Assembly (NCBI RefSeq): GCF_000407605.1
Contig: NZ_ASWO01000005.1
Coordinates: forward strand, 563,227-627,226
Direction: 5' to 3'
Length of the DNA stretch: 64,000 nucleotides
Source: Enterococcus sulfureus ATCC 49903
Lineage (GTDB): Bacteria > Bacillota > Bacilli > Lactobacillales > Enterococcaceae
Below the pieces are notes generated by a model. The model searched no databases. It had not been told where the DNA came from and saw only the letters and a list, made by a program, of their open reading frames with translations. Shown one piece after another: positions 51,325 to 61,620 of this stretch. A program made the translations under genes and the position numbers. Position 1 is the first letter of the stretch; each line of letters begins with the position of its first letter.

Positions 51325-53466
51325 TTATTTCGCTAAATACATGTCATAGTAAGCATCCATGATGTCTTTTGTGATCGAAAGATTTGGGTAACTATGATTG
51401 CTTTGTTTGATTCTTGGAATCATAATCGATACCGCAATTTCAGGATCTTCAGTTGGACCATAGACTACAGCATTCAAGTTATTTACTGGGATTTCTTGGC
51501 CATCTTTATAGGCATATGCTTCGGCAGTACCTGTCTTTGCAGAAAGGTCCATTTTTGCAGTAGCTAAAGGACGTGCAGTAGTAAACGGATCGTTTCCATG
51601 TACCACATCATGCATCCCTTGTTGGATAATGGCCATCTCTTCTGGAGTAATGTCGATTTTGTTCAACACTTTTTTCTCAATAGCTTTTTGTAGCGTACCA
51701 AGATCTCCATTTTCATTATTGCCATAGATCCCTTCAACAAAGTGCGGTGCAACACGTTCGCCACCGTTGGCAATCGCAGATACATATTGTGCTAACTGAA
51801 TCGGAGTATACGTATCAAACTGTCCAAAGGCTAAATCGAGAACTTTCCCACCATCAAAATTGGCATCAGATAGCTCATTATAAGCTACTTGTCCTCCAAC
51901 CGCTTCTTCTGGCATATCCACTCCTGTTTTCACACCTAATCCGTATTGCGCAAATCCTTCACGCAATTGTTCATAAGCTGTTTTTTGATCCGCTAGTCCA
52001 GGAATTTGTAAGCTTCCACCTTTATAATCGATCCCTAGTAAGCGTAAGGCAATCTGCATCATGTAAGAGTTGGAAGAAATTTCCAAAGCTTGCGCTGCAT
52101 CAATATAGCGATTGTTTGATCCATATGGGTTAAATACTGAGGCTTTTGCTGGTGATCCAGCTAGATAAATCGGTTGATCATAGATCGTATTGTTTTCTGG
52201 CGTAATCACATCATGATCAAATCCTGTCGTGATCGTTGCAGCTTTGATGGCAGAACCTGGTTCAAACTGACGTCCAACGAAAGTCCCAATGGCATCATCT
52301 TGAATTTCAGAAGACCCTTCTTCATGATAATATCCAGAAACACCAAGAATCGCACCCGTTTTTGGATTCATCGCTACAGCATAGATTCCATTTGAAAATT
52401 CTGCATCTCCTGAATTGATCAATTCTTGATAGCCATTTTTAACGATTTCATCAAACTTATCTTGGAAAGCTTCATCGATCGTTAATTTCAAGTTATCTCC
52501 CTTGGAACCAGCAGATAATTCTTTCGTATTTGAAATCGTTCCATTATTGTCGATCGTCACTTCATATTCAGATTTTTTTCCTTGTAATTGATCTTCATAT
52601 TGTTTTTCTAAGAAACTGGTTCCCACACGGTCATTTGAAAAATAACCTTTTTTCAAGTATTCTTCCGCTTCTTCTGAAGGTAAACCTTGTTTTGATGTCG
52701 ATACTCGGCCAATAATACTTGCAAGCGGATTACTGGCTGTCACGACTTCACGATCCCAATCCGTCCCGGTTGAAATCCCTGGTAATTTCGAAGCATTTTC
52801 TGCAACAATCGCCAATTCTTCATTGGTGACATCTTTATTTTTTACAAAAACTGGTTTTAAATTCTGACCACTATTCAATCGTGTAAAGATCGTCGCGATT
52901 TTTAATTCATTCTCATCAAATTTCAATTGATCGTCATCAATTTGATCGATCATCGCTTGGTATTGTTCTGAACTAGATTTTAATTGATCCTTCGTCGATA
53001 GTTTTTTCTGAGCTGCTTCTAAATGTTTTTTATCTGCCAAATAATAATCTTTTAAATCGCGTGGATTCAAATTTTCATCTGCAGGCATCTCAATCAGTTG
53101 ATTAAGCTCTTTTGCAAGTGCAAGCATATCAGTAGCGCTCATGTCATTTGTTCGTGTAAAGGTAATCGCAGCATTCGCTTGATTCGTAGCCAATACTTTA
53201 CCCGTGGCGTCATAAATCGAGCCTCGAGGCGTACTTTGTTTCACTGTAGTCACAGTGGCCGATTTAATTTCTTTTTCCCATTTATCGCTATTGACGATCT
53301 GCAGATTTCCTAAACGCAAAATCAATGCGACAAACAAAACAAAAATAATAAAAAATAAAAAATTCAGACGAAAAGGAATATGTCCTCTTTTATTTTCTCG
53401 TCCTTTCTTTGCATCATTTAAACTTGTTTTCCATACTTCTTTTGACAAAAAATCTTTTCTTCTCAT
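51325..53466 (-). CDS. class B penicillin-binding protein (PBP2B/PBP2x-type transpeptidase)
   Basis: N-terminal TM helix, dimerisation domain, transpeptidase motifs (SxxK, SxN, KTG). Start at MRRKDF (RBS AGGAAGGA), not at the upstream ATG. Confidence 0.85.
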   Translation of the reverse strand: MRRKDFLSKEVWKTSLNDAKKGRENKRGHIPFRLNFLFFIIFVLFVALILRLGNLQIVNSDKWEKEIKSATVTTVKQSTPRGSIYDATGKVLATNQANAAITFTRTNDMSATDMLALAKELNQLIEMPADENLNPRDLKDYYLADKKHLEAAQKKLSTKDQLKSSSEQYQAMIDQIDDDQLKFDENELKIATIFTRLNSGQNLKPVFVKNKDVTNEELAIVAENASKLPGISTGTDWDREVVTASNPLASIIGRVSTSKQGLPSEEAEEYLKKGYFSNDRVGTSFLEKQYEDQLQGKKSEYEVTIDNNGTISNTKELSAGSKGDNLKLTIDEAFQDKFDEIVKNGYQELINSGDAEFSNGIYAVAMNPKTGAILGVSGYYHEEGSSEIQDDAIGTFVGRQFEPGSAIKAATITTGFDHDVITPENNTIYDQPIYLAGSPAKASVFNPYGSNNRYIDAAQALEISSNSYMMQIALRLLGIDYKGGSLQIPGLADQKTAYEQLREGFAQYGLGVKTGVDMPEEAVGGQVAYNELSDANFDGGKVLDLAFGQFDTYTPIQLAQYVSAIANGGERVAPHFVEGIYGNNENGDLGTLQKAIEKKVLNKIDITPEEMAIIQQGMHDVVHGNDPFTTARPLATAKMDLSAKTGTAEAYAYKDGQEIPVNNLNAVVYGPTEDPEIAVSIMIPRIKQSNHSYPNLSITKDIMDAYYDMYLAK

Positions 53467-53535
53467 TCTTTCAATCCTTCCTAGAAGACCATTCATCTTA
53501 TTTTATCAAAAAAAAAGAGTTTCGTACAAAAAACC

Positions 53536-53662
53536 TGAAACATTTTAAAAACTTTCAAAGTTTAATCGATTTTCACCGAATTGTTTCACAAATGACATTC
53601 GTTCTTTTAAAAAAGCATGTAAAACAACGATTATAATCTCAAATACCGTGAAACATTTTAAA
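53536..53662. repeat. two perfect 14-bp direct repeats TGAAACATTTTAAA plus an inverted GTGAAACA copy in the PBP upstream leader
   Basis: Copies at 53536-53549 and 53649-53662. An inverted TGTTTCAC lies at 53583-53590. Confidence 0.7.
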
Positions 53663-53679
53663 CAAAATCGAGCATGTGG

Positions 53680-53710
53680 AAAAGGCAGTTGATATTATCA
53701 ACTGCCTTTT
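53680..53710. terminator. hairpin terminator after LCP gene
   Basis: AAAAGGCAGTTGAT ATTA TCAACTGCCTTTT. Confidence 0.5.
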
Positions 53711-53712
53711 CT

Positions 53713-54894
53713 TTATTCACCATATTGAGTTGGGTCTTCTGTTGGAACTTCAGGTACTTCTGAAGCAGTCGTTTCACTCGTTACAGAAGATTTAGTTTTT
53801 CCATTGGCTTCATCCGATTTTTTACTAAATAACGTTTCGCCAAAGGTATATTTAGCTGTATCGTTTTTTGTATAATCGGTATCGTCGTAAAACTGATTGC
53901 CGATAAATCCATTTTCAGAATAGTAATAATCCTCATCGATGATCAATTGTTCATGCGTTGGAAGATTTAATTGTTTTTTCAACTCATTTTGAACTTTCAA
54001 CAATTCATCGACACCTAATACTTGGTAATACGTTTCATTGATTGTTTCACTTTCACCTTGCAATTGACCTGAACGAATTTTATCAAAAGCAGGCATATAG
54101 TTTTTGCCGATCGCTAACATTTCATCCCAATTCAAATCGGTTAACGTATTTTTTTCAACTGCGTCTAAGATTTTTTTATACTTGCTCACGCTGTCCATAC
54201 TGATTACTTTTTCTAAGATTTTTGTTACGACTTCACGTTGACGGCGCTGACGACCAATATCACCTTCTGGATCTTCATGACGCATCCGCGCATAAGCTAA
54301 TCCAGTTTCACCATTTAATTTGATTTTCCCAACGGGTACATGGACTCCGTCTAAGGTAAAATCAATTTTGTTTTCTACCGTAATGCCACCTACTGCATCA
54401 ATCAAATCACTTAATCCTTGCATATTGATCGATACATAATGGTCTAGTGGAATGTCTAATAACTGTTCTACTGTATCCATCGCCATATCTACACTACCAT
54501 ATGCATAAGCATGATTTAATTTATCAAAATAAGGTGTTCCATAAGGTTCATATCCTACGATATTCGTTAAAATATCTCGGTCTAAACTAACGATAGTGGA
54601 TTGTTTTTTTTGTGGATTTACCGTTACCACCATCATACTATCTGAGCGACCTTGTTCTGTACGACCTAATGCTCCCGTATCGATCCCCATTAAAATAATG
54701 GAGAATGGTTCGCTTTTTGAAATATCTACTGAGCTATCACGCAAATCAGATTTTCGTGATGGCGCTGTTTTGCTGATTCGATTAAACGTATCACTTGCAG
54801 AACCATATAAATTCGCGGCATACACAGTTCCGATCGTTACTAAAACGATCAATACACCTAAAACGGATACTGCAATCTTTTGATATGCTTTCAT
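53713..54894 (-). CDS. LytR-CpsA-Psr (LCP) family cell-wall glycopolymer ligase
   Basis: N-terminal TM helix, LCP domain (ILMGIDTG...RSDSMMV...) and conserved Arg residues. Confidence 0.85.
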   Translation of the reverse strand: MKAYQKIAVSVLGVLIVLVTIGTVYAANLYGSASDTFNRISKTAPSRKSDLRDSSVDISKSEPFSIILMGIDTGALGRTEQGRSDSMMVVTVNPQKKQSTIVSLDRDILTNIVGYEPYGTPYFDKLNHAYAYGSVDMAMDTVEQLLDIPLDHYVSINMQGLSDLIDAVGGITVENKIDFTLDGVHVPVGKIKLNGETGLAYARMRHEDPEGDIGRQRRQREVVTKILEKVISMDSVSKYKKILDAVEKNTLTDLNWDEMLAIGKNYMPAFDKIRSGQLQGESETINETYYQVLGVDELLKVQNELKKQLNLPTHEQLIIDEDYYYSENGFIGNQFYDDTDYTKNDTAKYTFGETLFSKKSDEANGKTKSSVTSETTASEVPEVPTEDPTQYGE

Positions 54895-55008
54895 TTTGCA
54901 CCCCTGTTCTAGTCTACTTTAAATGTCCACTTTTGATTTTGCCATAAGACAAAACAGACTGCAATCGCAAAATGAAATTTCGATTTAATTTAATCTTTTT
55001 GTAACAAT

Positions 55009-57141
55009 TTATTTACGTAATGAGAAATTTCCACCTGTCCGTGTCAAGTTAGGATTATAATATGGATCATTTTCGATCAATTTTCCCCATTTGTCATACA
55101 TATATGCCGTCTCTTTTTCAAAACGTGCTTGTTTTTCAGGTGTATTCTCATAGCCTCTGGACTGTGATTCAAAATGGAACAATTCTACTCCGTGTAAAAA
55201 GAGATTGTCTCGACCTAGTGCTTGTTCACGTAAACATAAATCCACATCATTAAACGCGACTGTCAATTCTTCATTAAAGCCATTTAGTTCATGAAAATCT
55301 TTGGCACGAATCATTAAACAAGCAGCGGTTACTGCTGAATAATTGACGTTGATCTCTAATTTTCCAAAATACCCAAAATCACCGCGTGGATACGTATGAT
55401 GTGGGTGCCCTGCAGCTCCTCCCATGCCAAGAACGACACCAGCATGTTGAATCGTATGATTTGGATAATAAAGTTTTGCCCCTACACATCCAATACGCTC
55501 AAATTGCGCAAAAGACACCATTTTGCTCATCCAATCTTTGGTAATGACTTCCGTATCATTATTTAAAAACAATAAATACGTTCCGTTTGCTTCTTTTGCA
55601 GCTAGATTGTTAATACGAGAATAATTAAATGGAATCGGTAGATCGATCACCTGGAATTTTTCACCTAAGATGTGGGTATACTGTTCATAAAGTTCCTTCA
55701 TGCGCACATCATCACTGCCATTATCCGCTACGACTATCTCATAATTTGGATACGTTGTTTTTTCAACAATCGATTCTAAACAGCGTTTCATATCGTCATA
55801 CCCATTTTTTGTAGGAATGATGACACTCACTAACTCTTCTTTTAAAATCTCATAATGTACATCAAACAAGCCATTTCCCGCAGCATGCGTCGCTGTACCT
55901 TTGATCTTTCGACGAACCAAAGCATCTTGTACCGCTTTTAATCCTGCATCAAATGCGTACCCTTTCGTCGATTGATCGGCAGCAGTCGATGTTGGTAAAA
56001 TACGCCAGTAATATAAAATTTTAGGAATATGTGCGATCCGTTCTGGAGTCGTTTGTTCGACAAAACGCAACACGAGATCATAATCTTGTGAGCCCTCATA
56101 TCCGACACGAAATCCATTGATTTGATGTAAAATCGTAGTACGGTATACACCTAAATGCGAAATATAGTTCGTACCTAATAATAGATCTGGTGAGAAATCA
56201 GGTTTAAATGCTGGATCAAATCGATTTCCTTGCATATCGATCTTGTCCTCATCACTATAAATCAAATCGAGTTCTGGATTTTTATTTAATGTTTTGACTA
56301 CTTCATATAAAGCGATCGGTGCTAATTCATCATCATTATCGAGTAATGCACAAAACTCTCCTGTGGCGATTTCTAAAGCCGAATTGGTCGCTTTAGAGAT
56401 ATGCCCATTGTCTTGACGAAACACGACTTTGATTCGGTCGTCTTGTGCTACAAATTTTTCTAATAAAGGTTTTACGTTAGGATCGGTCGACGCATCATCA
56501 CTCATACATAATTCCCAATTTTCATAAAATTGCCCTTGAACTGATTGGATACACTTTGTTAACCACTCTTCTTCTACATTGTATACCGGCATTAGAATAC
56601 TGATTTTAGGTTGGTATGAAAACGTAGCGATTTCCGAACGGATTTCTTCTACATCCCATTGTTCATTTGTGGCTAAAAATGCTGGATAATCCTCTTCTTG
56701 TTGCTTCACTTGTTGCTTTTTCATACGATTTAGCGTAGCTTTTAAGCCATTTTTTTGATAATAACGTACGACACGTTTCATATTTTGGACTTGTTTTTGC
56801 CAATTGGTTTCGCGTCCAGGAATCGCTGGATAGACTTGTGTTAGATCAATTGTTTCAATTCGTTTTTGTTCGCCTGATTGAAACACAAGCTCTAACTTAG
56901 ATGCCGAACGTGTCACTTCAAGTTGAAAACCAGCTTCAAGATTTCCACTTAATTTTTGTGCCATGATGACATCGCTTCGGTAGACGGATTGAATCGTCAC
57001 GTGATCATGTGCGGAGGCAATACTAATTTTCGGTACTGTTTTAGTAACGGGATCTAATGCCCACCCGGTAATCAGATAGCTCTTTTGTTTTTTATCTTGT
57101 TGAATCGTATCAATATAAACAATTAATTCATTTTCAGACAT
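55009..57141 (-). CDS. dual-domain family-2 glycosyltransferase (two GT-A modules), polysaccharide chain-extension enzyme
   Basis: Two GT2 signatures (ISILMPVYN...DDAS...DNDD and VSVIIPTKN...DNGSDD...NNDTE). RBS AAGGAGA. Confidence 0.8.
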   Translation of the reverse strand: MSENELIVYIDTIQQDKKQKSYLITGWALDPVTKTVPKISIASAHDHVTIQSVYRSDVIMAQKLSGNLEAGFQLEVTRSASKLELVFQSGEQKRIETIDLTQVYPAIPGRETNWQKQVQNMKRVVRYYQKNGLKATLNRMKKQQVKQQEEDYPAFLATNEQWDVEEIRSEIATFSYQPKISILMPVYNVEEEWLTKCIQSVQGQFYENWELCMSDDASTDPNVKPLLEKFVAQDDRIKVVFRQDNGHISKATNSALEIATGEFCALLDNDDELAPIALYEVVKTLNKNPELDLIYSDEDKIDMQGNRFDPAFKPDFSPDLLLGTNYISHLGVYRTTILHQINGFRVGYEGSQDYDLVLRFVEQTTPERIAHIPKILYYWRILPTSTAADQSTKGYAFDAGLKAVQDALVRRKIKGTATHAAGNGLFDVHYEILKEELVSVIIPTKNGYDDMKRCLESIVEKTTYPNYEIVVADNGSDDVRMKELYEQYTHILGEKFQVIDLPIPFNYSRINNLAAKEANGTYLLFLNNDTEVITKDWMSKMVSFAQFERIGCVGAKLYYPNHTIQHAGVVLGMGGAAGHPHHTYPRGDFGYFGKLEINVNYSAVTAACLMIRAKDFHELNGFNEELTVAFNDVDLCLREQALGRDNLFLHGVELFHFESQSRGYENTPEKQARFEKETAYMYDKWGKLIENDPYYNPNLTRTGGNFSLRK

Positions 57142-57152
57142 TTCGTTTCTCC

Positions 57153-60100
57153 TTAATTCAATGCATTAGGATTTTGGTAAGGATCGTGGAGTGTCTTAAA
57201 CGTATCCTCCCAAGCTAGTCGATAGCTTTCTTCGGGTTTTTCACCTATATATTCAAACAAACTATATGGAGTAAATACAAATTTTTGATGCAGTGTAGTG
57301 TACACTTCAGGACCAAATAGTGTTGCAGTTGGCTGTTGTGTAAGCAAGTGTTTATAATCTAAGGTCTCTAGATCAGATTTGCGGATCGCTAAACTATCCA
57401 TCGTCGCTAGATAAATCTCTCTAGGCAGCACCGAACGGAAATAGTACCCAATCGACTCTTTTGTTGCGCCCTGATCATCAAATAGTACACGTGGTTGACG
57501 CAAGCTTACCCCAACATTTAAGACACGCTCATCTTTTTGTACGATTTTCCCAGTGACTGCTCCAACAGTTTCTTGGCGTAATGGATTCAATAATTCTTTC
57601 AACCAGTCCGCATTTTTAGGCGTTAGCCATTCGTTTAAACAAACGATATATTCCCCATTTGCTTGTTCGAGTAAGTCAAAAGGCGCTTGTGCTTCAACAA
57701 ACGATACTCGTTTGTCACTCGTTGGGAAAGCTTGTTGGAATTTTTTTGGAACAAGCAATTCGATATTGCTGTAATACGTATTTTGCAATAGGTCTTCAAT
57801 CCACAAGCTCACTCGTGCATATTCTCCTAGAGCAATAATTGACACTAGCGGTTCTTCTTGATAGAGATAATCGACTTTATATGCCCCATAGTGTTTCGTC
57901 ATCGTAACTTTTGCTGGGATATCACGCTGTGAAAGATGTTCTTCGATCGCGCGTTGACCAGCAACATACGCATACTCTTTACTTTTTGGATCAAAAGCAA
58001 CTGAAGTTTCGACAGTTCGCCAATGATAACAAATCACAGGAATATGATGGACTTTTTTCGCGGCTTGTGTCGCACGTAACACAAAATCATAATCTTGACT
58101 TCCATTAAATTCACTACGTAACCCACCAATTTTATCTAAAATATTGCGTTTTACAACGACGAAATGGGTGATGTAATTATGTCCTAAAAGTAACGTAGGA
58201 TTCCAATTTGGTTTGAAAAACGGATCAAATCGTTTGCCTGCAAGATTGAGTTTATCTTCATCCGTGTAGATAAACTCATATTCGCTATCTTCATTGATTG
58301 CTTTGACTACTTCGTAAAGTGCTTGAGGTGCTAATTCGTCATCATTATCCATAAAGCCGATATATTCACCCGTAGCCAGTTCAATCGCTGAATTCGTCGC
58401 TTCTGAAATATGTCCATTTTGTTCACGAAAAACTGCTTTGATTCGAGCATCTTCATGAACATAACGTTCGATCAATGGACGAATCTCCGCCTTTGGTGAG
58501 GCATCATCTGCTAAACAAAGTTCCCAATTATCATAATATTGATTTTTCAACGAATCGATACAGGCACGTAACCATTTTTCTTCAACATTATATACCGGTA
58601 CGACTAAAGAGATTTTAGGTGTCATACCAAAGTGTTTGATCTCTTGTTTCACTTTTGCCACATCATATTGTTCATTTTCTTTGATCCATTTATCGTACTG
58701 ATCTGCTTGTTCTAAACGCAATTTACGATTACGTAATACATTACGCAATCCTTGTTGGCGAACAGCACCTAGTAGATAGCGAGCTTTTTTCGCCCATGGT
58801 GTATTGTCTAAATTGTGACGTTGAAATTTAAACGCATATTGTGTCGTTGTATCCGGAATCGATACCAACAAACCCACAACTTTTTCAATTTGTTTTTGCT
58901 CGATTTCAATCATAAACCCGTATTTTTCTTTTTCGGGTAGTCCAAACATTTCGTTCACATCTTTGCGATAAATCGGGCTAACCAATGACACTAATCCTTC
59001 AAATAACGGTACTTGATAGATCAAAGGCGTTTGTTGCGCTACTGCAAATCCCCATCCTTTAATAATGGCAACATTGCGATCAGGATCATTTTCAATAGTT
59101 TCAACCATTAATTTCACATCGGGAAACAAACTATCTTGATACAAATGGTAGTGTTTTAATTCTGCCATACGCCATTTTTCGCTACCTTGCTTCACTGAAG
59201 TACGAGATAACACTTGAGCTGTTTTGGTCAACAGTTCTTCTTTTTCATTTTCTAATGCCAATAACTCTTTGGCATGCGTTTCTTTTAAGCGTTCGATAAC
59301 ACTTTCTTGTTGGTGTGCATAATCTAACACTTGTGTTTCTAAGGAAGAGAAACTGTTTTGATCAACTAAATTGAAATAAAACGAGAGCGTTTTTCCTGCA
59401 ATTTGATCATGCGTAAAGACAAAATAAGGATTTTCATCGATTCCGGTAAACACATAGGTTTTGCCATTGACCCAAACTGCGTTGGTTTTACTTGGACGAA
59501 TCATTTTCCCTTCTATCTCCGCATAAAATTCCATGACGCCATTGCCTTCAAAAGGAACGATTTTCAGTTCATTAACGTTTGCTGCAATATCATGTGTACT
59601 GAACTGATTTTCTTTAGTTTCTTGATTGTATAACAAAGGATGGATCTCTTGCTTTCCATCTAATGTAAAAACCAATTGCACTTGTTTGACGAAATGTGAA
59701 TTGATCGGTTGCATACGTTTTGGCATCTCGACAGGAGATTTAGTCAGTGCATAAAAGTATTGATATACTTCACCAAACGGACGCATTTTAAAGGCATATC
59801 GAATTTTTTCCGGTAAATCTTCATAGGCCGTTTGAATCTCATTTTGTCCAACCTGGGAATACGTAAATTCTTCAATAGCAATATGTAGATCTAGGGATTG
59901 AAAGACTTTTTCAAATCCTGCTTGTGTGTAAAACGTATTGTGTGTGTGATCAAGTAATCCAAATTCTTTCCACTCTAATTGATTGTTAAATAAGCCAATC
60001 AAAGCAGAGTTATGGGCTAAGTTTGGAAAACTGATCAAAATCTGCCCATCTGGATTAAGAACTGTTTTCGCTGCCTTTAATGCCATAATAGGATCGACTA

Positions 60101-60401
60101 GATGTTCTAGTACATCGGCAAATACAATGTAATCAAACGACGTATTTTTGAAATACTCTACCCATTTATACTCTTCGATATTGCCTAAAAAACCATCAGT
60201 AGCAAACTGCATAACAAAATTGTAGAGTTCTTCATCGAACTCTACAATAGATACTTGACACTTTTTTTCTGTAATTAAATAATTGGTCATCCGGCCATTA
60301 CCTGGACCAAATTCTAAAACGGTACTATTTTCTTTAATTTGACGAACGATTTTCCCTACACTACTTTGCTCATCGACTGTCATCTCAAAATCATATTTCA
60401 T
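57153..60401 (-). CDS. multidomain SAM-methyltransferase / coiled-coil / dual-GT2 glycosyltransferase (WbdD/WbbB-like terminator-polymerase fusion)
   Basis: N-terminal class I MTase (VLEFGPGNGRMT, DYIVFADVLEH), a short coiled coil (res ~360-400), a GT2 module about 60 percent identical to the one in the adjacent GT, and a C-terminal degenerate GT-like domain. Start at MKYDFEM overlaps the wzt stop (TAATG). Confidence 0.8.
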   Translation of the reverse strand: MKYDFEMTVDEQSSVGKIVRQIKENSTVLEFGPGNGRMTNYLITEKKCQVSIVEFDEELYNFVMQFATDGFLGNIEEYKWVEYFKNTSFDYIVFADVLEHLVDPIMALKAAKTVLNPDGQILISFPNLAHNSALIGLFNNQLEWKEFGLLDHTHNTFYTQAGFEKVFQSLDLHIAIEEFTYSQVGQNEIQTAYEDLPEKIRYAFKMRPFGEVYQYFYALTKSPVEMPKRMQPINSHFVKQVQLVFTLDGKQEIHPLLYNQETKENQFSTHDIAANVNELKIVPFEGNGVMEFYAEIEGKMIRPSKTNAVWVNGKTYVFTGIDENPYFVFTHDQIAGKTLSFYFNLVDQNSFSSLETQVLDYAHQQESVIERLKETHAKELLALENEKEELLTKTAQVLSRTSVKQGSEKWRMAELKHYHLYQDSLFPDVKLMVETIENDPDRNVAIIKGWGFAVAQQTPLIYQVPLFEGLVSLVSPIYRKDVNEMFGLPEKEKYGFMIEIEQKQIEKVVGLLVSIPDTTTQYAFKFQRHNLDNTPWAKKARYLLGAVRQQGLRNVLRNRKLRLEQADQYDKWIKENEQYDVAKVKQEIKHFGMTPKISLVVPVYNVEEKWLRACIDSLKNQYYDNWELCLADDASPKAEIRPLIERYVHEDARIKAVFREQNGHISEATNSAIELATGEYIGFMDNDDELAPQALYEVVKAINEDSEYEFIYTDEDKLNLAGKRFDPFFKPNWNPTLLLGHNYITHFVVVKRNILDKIGGLRSEFNGSQDYDFVLRATQAAKKVHHIPVICYHWRTVETSVAFDPKSKEYAYVAGQRAIEEHLSQRDIPAKVTMTKHYGAYKVDYLYQEEPLVSIIALGEYARVSLWIEDLLQNTYYSNIELLVPKKFQQAFPTSDKRVSFVEAQAPFDLLEQANGEYIVCLNEWLTPKNADWLKELLNPLRQETVGAVTGKIVQKDERVLNVGVSLRQPRVLFDDQGATKESIGYYFRSVLPREIYLATMDSLAIRKSDLETLDYKHLLTQQPTATLFGPEVYTTLHQKFVFTPYSLFEYIGEKPEESYRLAWEDTFKTLHDPYQNPNALN

Positions 60402-61609
60402 TATTGAACCGATCCTTTCCATTCGTGATCTAATACAACGATCCCTTCACCAACATATTTACCGGTGATGAACATCGTAATATATTTTGTTTTATAAACA
60501 AATGGAACCGTCGCATTTTCTTCAAATAATGCCACGTCAAAATAATACTCTCCACCTAAAAGCGCCATTTTAGGGTATTCGATATAAAAGGTATTTAATC
60601 CTTTTTTCCAAGGAATCTCTGTTTCGTCTAACAAAGTATTCAATCCGCATACATATTGATTATTCACTGTACGGATCGCAACACCTAGTACAGGGTGTTT
60701 GATCGATGGATCATTTACTTCATACTCTACTTTGACAAAGACTTTACTATCTTGGACAACTAAATCGATTGGATTCATCTCTTCATCTAATAATGTAGCA
60801 GATTTCACTTCTACGATATCTAACGCAGAATGCTCTTCCACTTTATTTTTTTCACGATCGACTGTTTTGATTGATTTTTTCTTCAAGAAGTTTTCGTATT
60901 CTTCGGTAATTTCCATGGTTTCGCCTTCTGCTTCAACGACACCATTTTTCAACCAATACACCCGATCACAAAAACGACGAACCGCATTCACATCATGAGA
61001 CACGAACAATACCGTTTTTCCTTGATTTCGAAATTCGGTGAATTTTTCCATACATTTTAATTGAAACTCTAAATCCCCTACAGCTAGGGCTTCATCGACA
61101 ATCAAAATTTCAGGATCCACATTGATCGCAATCGCAAAAGCTAAACGGACAAACATCCCGCTTGAATAGGTTTTAACAGGTTGATACAAATGATCTCCAA
61201 TATCAGCAAAATTGATGATGTCATCGATTTTATCTTCCATTTGATCACGAGAATACCCTAAAACCATTCCGTTTAAAAAGATATTGTCATATCCAGTATA
61301 CTCAGGATTAAATCCAGAACCTAATTCAAGTAAAGCCGCAATATTCCCGTCAATCTTCACTTCACCTTCAGTAGGAGTTAATACACCCGTAATGATTTTT
61401 AAGATGGTTGATTTTCCGGAACCATTTTCACCAATAAATCCTACCATCTCACCTTGATTGACATGAACATTCACATCATTTAACGCATAAAAAATCTCAT
61501 GATAACTTTTGCGTTTTGGGTGCAATGCCTCTTTTAGGCGTGCTGTTGGATTTGGATACATATTATAAGTTTTCGTTAAATGATTAATTTCTACTACACG
61601 TTTTTTCAT
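60401..61609 (-). CDS. polysaccharide ABC exporter ATP-binding protein (Wzt/TagH-type) with C-terminal ~150 aa extension
   Basis: Walker A GENGSGKST, LSGG-like YSSGMFVRL, Walker B ILIVDEAL, then a beta-rich C-terminal extension (res ~250-402). Confidence 0.85.
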   Translation of the reverse strand: MKKRVVEINHLTKTYNMYPNPTARLKEALHPKRKSYHEIFYALNDVNVHVNQGEMVGFIGENGSGKSTILKIITGVLTPTEGEVKIDGNIAALLELGSGFNPEYTGYDNIFLNGMVLGYSRDQMEDKIDDIINFADIGDHLYQPVKTYSSGMFVRLAFAIAINVDPEILIVDEALAVGDLEFQLKCMEKFTEFRNQGKTVLFVSHDVNAVRRFCDRVYWLKNGVVEAEGETMEITEEYENFLKKKSIKTVDREKNKVEEHSALDIVEVKSATLLDEEMNPIDLVVQDSKVFVKVEYEVNDPSIKHPVLGVAIRTVNNQYVCGLNTLLDETEIPWKKGLNTFYIEYPKMALLGGEYYFDVALFEENATVPFVYKTKYITMFITGKYVGEGIVVLDHEWKGSVQ

Positions 61610-61620
61610 GTCGTTTCTCC

